Shown here piece after piece: positions 51,201-60,200 of a stretch of DNA of 64,000 bases. Position 1 is the stretch's first letter. Every line of letters begins with the position of its first letter. Origin of the DNA: Antedon mediterranea (lineage: Eukaryota; Animalia; Echinodermata); the NCBI RefSeq assembly GCF_964355755.1, contig NC_092677.1:12422101-12486100 (forward strand), in the 5' to 3' direction. Position numbers and translations under genes: made by a program. Under the pieces are notes generated by a model. The model was not told where the DNA came from, made no database searches, and saw only the letters and a list, made by a program, of their open reading frames with translations.

Positions 51201-54200
51201 ACATAGGAACTCTGCTACTGGTAAATAATTGTATAGTAACTTATTTTTATTATTGACAAACAAGAACAATATACAAGACTGGACAAATTCGACAGTACAT
51301 ATAAAGAAATATTGTGAATATTATCAGGTTCTAAATTATATAATTAAACAAATGATTTTTTTTTATTTTTGATAATATTTTGTAGTTGTTGTTTATTAGT
51401 TTCCACAAATTTACATATAATTTTCTTAATAAATCATTAAATATTTATCAATGCGGATGGTGGTCACAATAAGTCTACAAGTAGACTTTGAGCTGTTTTT
51501 ATGAAATTATTTGGTAAACAAATGAGGTAGGTTACCTTCAAACCAATTTATGAAAGGAAGAAAAAATTGAAAATCCATGGGAACATCTTGTTGCAGTGAA
51601 AGCTGTAGGGTATAAAAGTCCTTCGGTTAATCATTTAATCCAACATAAGGAAGCTTCCATAGGTTAAGCCAAAAAGTTCAAACAAAAGCAAACAAACTAA
51701 ACTAACACCTTTAATTCCAAATGAAAGATTTTAGCCCCAAGCAAAATCAATAAAGAAATATAGAGAGGCCTATATAACTGCTTACTTTCACAAATTTATC
51801 ATAGAAAATTGAATTTAAATTATCTAGGCCTAAGGTCTGGTTTATGCATTCCCAGCCAAGTGGAAATATTTGTGTAAACTTGTCAGACTGAATTTAGATT
51901 GAGGCTAGGCCTAAGGTTTTGTGAAAGTGGATATGTTAACCCTCTTAACTATTGATTCGTAGAGAATTTAGAGGTTTATTATTCCCCGATTGCAACATAG
52001 GTAAACAAAGAAATCATAATTTTACCTCACAAGGACCAGTGGGGTGATTTACTACCTGCATGAAATATTATAGCCTATATTTGATTTATGGTTCATTGAA
52101 TGACTGAAGTAGGCTTTGAAACCAGTTTTGTGTTGGATCTTATAATGTGTAGTAGATAAGTAATATTGCTTAAAGATCAAAGTGCGTCATTAAAAAGCCC
52201 AGATAAATACACAGTCTTACTGCACAGAGAGCCTCATTAAAGGATTTACACAACTAAACAATCATACCCCTTCAATAGAGGCCTATAGGACCGTTATCAG
52301 CTTTTATCAAAGGGTTTATGTACACCTGAGTGAGTGGTATCGCAGCCAGATGTTGCATGAGTGACTTAGCTGTGTTTCCGGTGGTGTGTTCGTAGAGGCT
52401 GATTAACAGGATAATTTGAATAACTTGTGAATTAATGAGATGTTTCTCGAACCAGTTCAAATTTCTTAGTCTTGGCTAGGTAACATGCAACTGAGCTGAT
52501 TATTGTGTTATTGCCAGTACTCTGTATGGTATAATTAATCTTTGGAATAACTTGAAAATTAGTTGAAAATAAATGAGGAGATATGGCAAAAAACTGGAAA
52601 CGTTTAAGGTAAAGTTGACTATAAATGTTTTATACAGTACAGTATATAGCATAGATATGCGTTTGTTTAAATGGTAATTAGGTTTTAAAGTTCAAACTTA
52701 GTTGCAACTACTGTTCCTGTTTTAGTATCATTTATATGAAAATATTAGGTTTATCTTAAATCTAAGAATAGATTTAGTCATATTCAAACATTTTTATGAA
52801 TTTAAAACTAAAAGTACAAAACTAAATACTTGTTAAAACCAAAATAATAACCAAAAAATTAGCTTGATATAAAACAAAACTATATCAGTTTTTCTCATAA
52901 TTTGGCAAATTAAATTACAAGGCAATTTTGAGGTCTAGGCTTCTTCATGGTCCAGTACAATCTAATTTTTTAGACAATGTCTTTTTTATAATTAATAAGA
53001 TAATTAAAATGTATTTTTATCATTTTAAAATGTATTTATTTACTTTAGATGGGATTAAAGAAATTTACAATAGATTTTTGTATCGGCAAGGTCTAATATA
53101 CAATACAAGTTAGGGTCTATAGGCTTCACTAAGTCTAATGTAAATACTGGCTTTTAGAACCAGGGACAAGGAGATATTATAAAAAAGAAAAGATTATCTT
53201 AATTAATTATTGGATTTGGTGATTAAACTTATTAGGGTTATGGTTAGTTCCGCAAGATTGGTGTAAAGTTCTTTTTTTTAAAATGATTTCATATAGATAA
53301 AAGTCACAATTTAATTAATTGAAAAAATATATATTGCTGACAAATAGTAATTGTTAGAAATTGGTTTATGCTTAGTGAAATCATGTTTTTGTTAATGTTT
53401 AATTTATTTATTTTTTTTTTTTTAAGTGAATAACTTTATTAAACTACAAAATATAATTATTCAATTGAGACACCCATTTACTCATATTCATCTTTTGTGT
53501 TTATAGAGAATGCAAGTTTATGTTTATGTTTGTGCAAAGTTAAAATAACAAACAATTCCTTAGCAACGTTAAGCATCTTGTTATGATACTGACACAGTAA
53601 TAATTTGTACCCTCAGCACAAAATTGAAAATTTCAATATTAACCTATTATAAAAGCAAGTCCTTAGCAACTTTTAACGTTCTTGTTATTTCTAAAATGAA
53701 ATATCATCATTATATGAAAATAATGTTGAAACAGTTGACAGTTTCCTTTATGTATAAGTCTTGAATAAAGTACATAAAATCCTTGTACCAATATTGAATC
53801 GCCTTCTACTTAAACAACCCACTTGACCTACTCCTATTAATACTCCATTACTTCATCCAACCCAACTATTTCTTGTCAGCAAGGCATAGTTTTCTATTTT
53901 AAGTACATAGTTTCACATTTTTAGTAGCAGAAACAGGGCACGTCATATTATAATGACGTTGCATATTAAAAATGTGCAACATTTTTTCCCTCAGCAATGA
54001 AGCCAAGTTTGCAGTAAAAGGAAAATATCAATTGTATATATATATATAATTTGTTATTTATGCAAATAATCAGCATAATTAATTGACAACATATAGATAG
54101 TGATGTTCCTATATTTAAACATTTCATTTTTTGGTTGGTATATTAAGGGAGATAAAAACAAGATCTAGAGATCTTTGCTATTCACGGACTATCTTTTGTT

Positions 54201-57200
54201 GTTTAGGAAATAATTAACATCCATAATGAATGCTCTGCCTTTTGATTTGCATCGGAAATGTCTCGCGACAAGTTCACCATTCTCTCTGAATAGTCACCAA
54301 CAAACCCATCACTGTCTCATGCTAATCGACCCTGTCGTTACTTTCGTGAAATACAACCTGACTTTTGTATATTTTGGCAAATAAGGAGAAGAACAATTAT
54401 TAAATCTTGGATGTGAAAGCCACTCTCATATCATTAGTACAATATAATAGTTTGATGAAATTTACTGTGAAAATGTTTTTCTATGTAAAACGCACCTGTG
54501 AGTGTTAAAGATACAACTGCAAAAGAAATACCGTGATTGAATAGGTTTAATCGACGGGAAGTTTGCGTCTTTTGTGAGGGGCAAATGGGTGGTGATGCGT
54601 AGGCGTCGAATAAACACTTAACTCACCTTAAAGTTTTAGAGTTACAAAGTATTTACACAGTGCGGGTTGAAATTTGGCAGTTGGAACGTTTATTTGTAAC
54701 ATTTGGTGAATTTATTTTGGTAATTGTAAGCAAGAAATCGGAAATAAATGTTTGGTAGGGTGGAAAATTTAGAAAGGCAACAGTTGGTAGTTTATTTATT
54801 TTCAACAATTCTACTTCCGACGATTTGATACAAATATTTAGTTTAAAATAAATTGGGATATGAAAACATAGTCAGAAAAATATCGTTATAGAATTGAAAT
54901 GTTGTTTTAATGAAAGGAACAGATAAAACATCAAAGTTCAATTGTTCAAAACTGTAATAAAAAATTGAAGTATTAATAAAACTTCATAAAATAATCATTT
55001 TTTTATACATTCTCAGGATTCACCCCAACCCCAGGTCAACCCCAGGTTACCCCCAACCCCAGGTTACCCCCAACCCCAGGTTACCCTCAAACCCTGGTTA
55101 CCCCCCAACCCCAGGTTACCCCCAACCCCAGGGTACCCCCGACCCTAGGTTACCCCCAACCCTAGGTTACTTTCGCTAAACACTATTTACATTCTCCCAT
55201 TCTGTAAAAGTTAGTTTCTCACCTAACCATAGTGTGCTTCAATAACTTCCTGTACTTGTTACTTTTTATTCTTTTAAATTAATCCACTTTAAATAATCAC
55301 TTAATGAAATTAAGTACCAATATAACAATAGGTATGTTGCTATTTATTGTTTACTAAAAAGGTGTATATATTTTTGTACTGCTTTATTATGACGCATTAT
55401 TTGAAATCATCCAAGCTTAATTAATAATAATTGTCAACTTAAAAAAAAATAAATTAATAGTTAAATGAAAGAAAGCAGTTGGATTGGACATTATGTTCAA
55501 ATAAAGGAAGTATAATTAATTGAAATAATCACTTAAAACATTCAATTCAATTTCTTTGTAAGACTTATTTGATTTGATGAAGAATAACAATACATTTTAA
55601 AAGGATAATAAAGAAATTGAAACAACTGTAGTTGACACCGGTATGTGTACTGTATCTCAAACATTCTCACTTGAGCACATAGCCCTACACATCACAATAA
55701 TACTTGCGCTATGTGTTAAAACAAAGGTACAGTAAAACCTCTATAAAGAGAACATGTTTAGGAAGCAACAAAAGGTGAGTGAATTAGGTTTGACCATAGT
55801 GTTAAATATATTGCTATTGTTGAGTTTTATGGAACCGGTGTCCCCCTGAATGGAGATTGTCTGTCTGTCTGAGATAGTTGTGTCCCCTGTTTAGGGGGTT
55901 TCCTAAAAAAAAAGGAGCGACACAATTTTAACTATAAAAACTATAACATTAATGTTATAGCTAGCAATAGTATACCTGACCGAAATACAGAAGCCTATAA
56001 ACATTGTTAGAAATTTGTCCCCGTTGATTTATAAGTCTATCACAGTTGTACATTCCAGCTGTCAAATTTGTTGACAGACAAAAAAAACCAAACCAATAAT
56101 TTTTATTTTACTATGTAAATGTGTTTATTTTGTTTTCAACCTTTTTCCTTTTTTTAGTTAAAAATATTCAGTTCATCTTTTTGAACTGAGGAACTCAGAT
56201 ATTCTAAATTGGTCAAACATGTACTATATCGGTGTTCCTAAATAACAGTTACACTGTCATTTTAAATATGACACATTTTTTGCTTTAAATTACATGTTCA
56301 TTTTGGTATGTATACTACCATCTACTTGAGATATATGGACAAGTTCACTACAATATATAACCTTTCGCTGATAACTATTCAATCCACAAATATGCCGCCA
56401 ATGAGATAACACATTGTGACTCTCTATAGCAATGATAAGCGTCATACAGTACTGTATGTGGGTGAATTAGCGAAAAAATAAATCGTTAGATAATGTCATT
56501 GACTTCTCGTTTATGACCAGAAACATTTTTCCAATAGGTGTGCAATAGGTGTGCGAGGTGTGGGTGGAAATTTGTAGTCCCTAGTTAGGTTTAAGAGACT
56601 GCCTATCATATTGTACCAACAAAAGAAGGATAGTAAAGGAATTTAGCATCTTGTTTGTGTTAATGCTTAATATTTTATCACCATTCAGATAAGGCATAAC
56701 CTAAATACAAAGAAAGGGGCATACATCTTCAACCGGTAGATGCTAATCTGTAGTGTAAAAACATTACTTCATTGATAAATATCAGTATCAGTTACTTCAT
56801 TGATAAATAGAAATAAATACATTACTCTATGATCTCTTCTTGTATTTTCTAGGGATGCCATCCGATGTGTCAGTAACCTCTACAACCAAGTGCACGAAGC
56901 CTGTGGTCGCGTGGATGCCATGGCTGAAAATAAAGTATCGCAACTCAGTCAGCACTTGCAGCTACGCATCTTTGAAGAGGAGGCCACTAAGGTTGGTCTT
57001 ATTATCTGCTATTAGATATTTTCAGCGGAATTTTTAGGTGTTCTCTAACTCTGAATAAAGAATTTTAATAAGGTGTGTTTGTTAGTCATGTCTTGTCTGG
57101 TGCACTGAGAATATTAACATGACGTAGAAGAAAAAAGCAAAGCAAGAAAAAATACGAATAAAAAAATAATGTGTATTTATTATTACAAGACACGCACTGA

Positions 57201-60200
57201 TGTTTACAGTAGAAAACCAATTAGTTGTTTAATTATGGCCATAGTATTAAAACATATATCCACCCTTGTTTGTTTCATTGGAAAGTTCCTCTTAATAAGG
57301 GTTTGTGTTTCACATGAGATGGTTATACTGTACTTGAATATAACAAGTTTAATTTGTAGCCTTTTGATTGTGTTAATTGGAACGCTTCAACATTTCCTTT
57401 TTCCAAGAAGATCAAAGATTCGACGTTTCCTAAATTTGATCGTGATTGACAGATTACATGACCCTGTCAATACTTGACCAATAAATCTGATTATGAACTT
57501 TTGTAAAATATTACTGAACATTTCAATAATTACACGGGACCACCTCCAGTTTGATTAAACCACCGATAAAAAAAATTAAGAGAGCAACAAAGAATAATTT
57601 AATTCTACGAAAAAATATCCCATGATTGACATACCGAATGACCCTGTTGATACTTGAACAAGCAATCCGATTGGACCGCGTTAAGTAAAAAATCAATGAT
57701 TAAAATTAAAAGTGAAGTAAATACAAAAGAATGTATCTAATTAAAAAGTTATATTGGGGATGCCCTCAACCTTGGTGTAGTTCTTGTTGAGTGGGTACTA
57801 GCGACAAATTGCTTTGACATTGGTGTTGGATAAAGCTGGGAATGGTTATGCATCAGTGATTGTCTGCTATTGATGTCATTATCTGGCGATATTCAGATTT
57901 AGTTTTTAATTCATCAATTATAGGATAAAACTAAAAGAATTTTCGTTGAAAAGGGGAAACAAATAAAAGAAAAAATAGAGAAGTATTTCATTTTTAAATA
58001 AACTAAAGAAAGAAAAATAATAATAGTTACAGAAAATATACATTGTAACTTTATTTATTAATTATTTATAAATTTGAATTAATTTCTAGAAGCGAATACT
58101 AATGATTAGTAATACTATTAATATAGTAATTTAGAGATTGTCACTCTTTGGTGATATTTATACATATTCTCCTACATATATATATTTAATTAACAAATTA
58201 TAAACAAATCTATATAGGATCAAATACTGTGTACTGTACACCCAAGATATTTGTAAGCAAATTAACACTTTTTTTTAAATTTTTTTAAAACCATATTCAA
58301 TGAGGGTGATCCATCCAGCTATTGCTGATCATTAGGGACCCTCAGGTTCACAAGACAAACATATACACAAGATGCTCTACACAAACAAAGTCTTATTACA
58401 AGTCTTTGGGAGTGGAGTGATTTGATCCTTATAAAATTCCTAACATGTGACGGGATTTGAACCCAGGACCCTTAGAGTGGTAGCCAACCATCATAACCAC
58501 CAAGCCACAACTCCACTCCTACTTCTGTAGTAGCCAATAGAATGTCTGTTCTCTGACCAATAGGAGGCAAGGTATCTATACTAACCTCATTATTGCGTTT
58601 CTGCGGTATTGGTATTTCCTTCATTTCTATAAATACATTGTCACAAATACATCTTCATTTAAAGAACAAAACAAACGATAATGACACACACGGCGAACTA
58701 GTCTAGATACTGGTTCTGCTTCGTTAGGCGACTTTCTAATTAAAGAAAGGAGACACCAGAAGCCTGTCAGCCTTCAGTATGGCTTTACAGACATTCCTAA
58801 CATTTTGAAATATCTTGCGGAATCTTTTGTAATGACCAAGTAAAATAAATATATCGAAAAAAGGCCAAAAGAACCTGTAGTAAAATCCAACAACCAATTT
58901 CTATTTATTATTATCGTTTATTGACAACTGATCACAGTGTCCAACATGTAATACATTTTCATTAATATTTAATAGAAGCGAGTGCTTGTTTGGTAAAAAT
59001 TATTTAAATCTAATCGTTTTTATCATTTATTTTAATCCTCAATATATTATCATAATCATACAAATTCAGACTTAGAGAACATACAGTTCTAACTGTACAG
59101 AATGAATAAATTGTTTTTCAGTAGAATTCTTAAGATTATGATATTTAACTAACGAAAATGAAATTATAAACTTTTAATTAGATTAAATGATAATTTTTAT
59201 CAATGTTCAGTCACTAATTTATGATTGATAAACTTTCCTAATATGGAATAACTCAAATCAAAAGAAGAAGAAAGTAACATTGTATTCCTAATTTATTTTA
59301 TGTATTTTTTTTAAAGTTAAAGCTGACCACTTGCTTCTCAATAATGTATTATTATTAATATATAAATAGTGAAATTTAATGATTATTTTATATTAAAGCA
59401 GTGTCTCTTTCTAACATTGGAATAAAAGGTATATGTTCAAAGAACCAGTGAGCCAGAAAATGCTGATCCATCCTAAATTATCTTCGGCTTTGTCGGCAGG
59501 GTGCTTTCCAAATTAACATATGTCTCTGGCCAGATTAAGTTGTGGTTACGCATCGTAGCCCGGATATTCTAGGTGTGTATCCTAGGATTTGTAGTTCTTT
59601 TTGTCCAATAAACCGCAAAGACAAAAGACAGGAGATAATTAATAGGATTTTGTATGTAAACCTTTTATCTTTGGGTAGACCTCCATAACATGGTCTGCGT
59701 TTGAATAAAGTTGTCTCCTGCCGTGGATTAGGACAGACTTTCTGTCTGATTGTTTTCGAAATGGTCAAGAGTCCTTTCAATGTATAAACAGAGATTTACA
59801 AGACACTGGTCGTAAAACCCATATTAATTTCAACTAATCCGCAAAACATTGTTTCAAAACCTTGGAAATCTTGAGTGATAGGTTTAACAAAACTTCAATA
59901 TAACGATCGACTCCATATGTTTGATCTATGGCCTGATTTTTTTGATTGGTGGATGGATTTCGCCAAGCGGGTGGTCATTTTATCGGAGGAACGCTATTGT
60001 TTTGGAGTATGCTTGAGTGACCGACTCTCTACGCAATATTTCAATAGGAATTTTGATGTTGAAATGATTACGTTTTTAAGAAAGTGGGACGGACAAACCT
60101 GGTTGCGGTTCAAAGCGTCCGCTGAGGCGATTATGACGCGACAGAAAATACTTTGTATTGTCTTAAGTGATAATTGGTATTAACTTGATCGTCGGTCAAG

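Noticed and set aside
54748-54786. Alternative first exon MFGRVENLERQQL
   Set aside because: The donor is weak and in phase 0, incompatible with the next exon (phase 2).
55021-55170. Interstitial telomeric repeat
   Set aside because: The unit is 17 bp, not (TTAGGG)n or (TTAGG)n.
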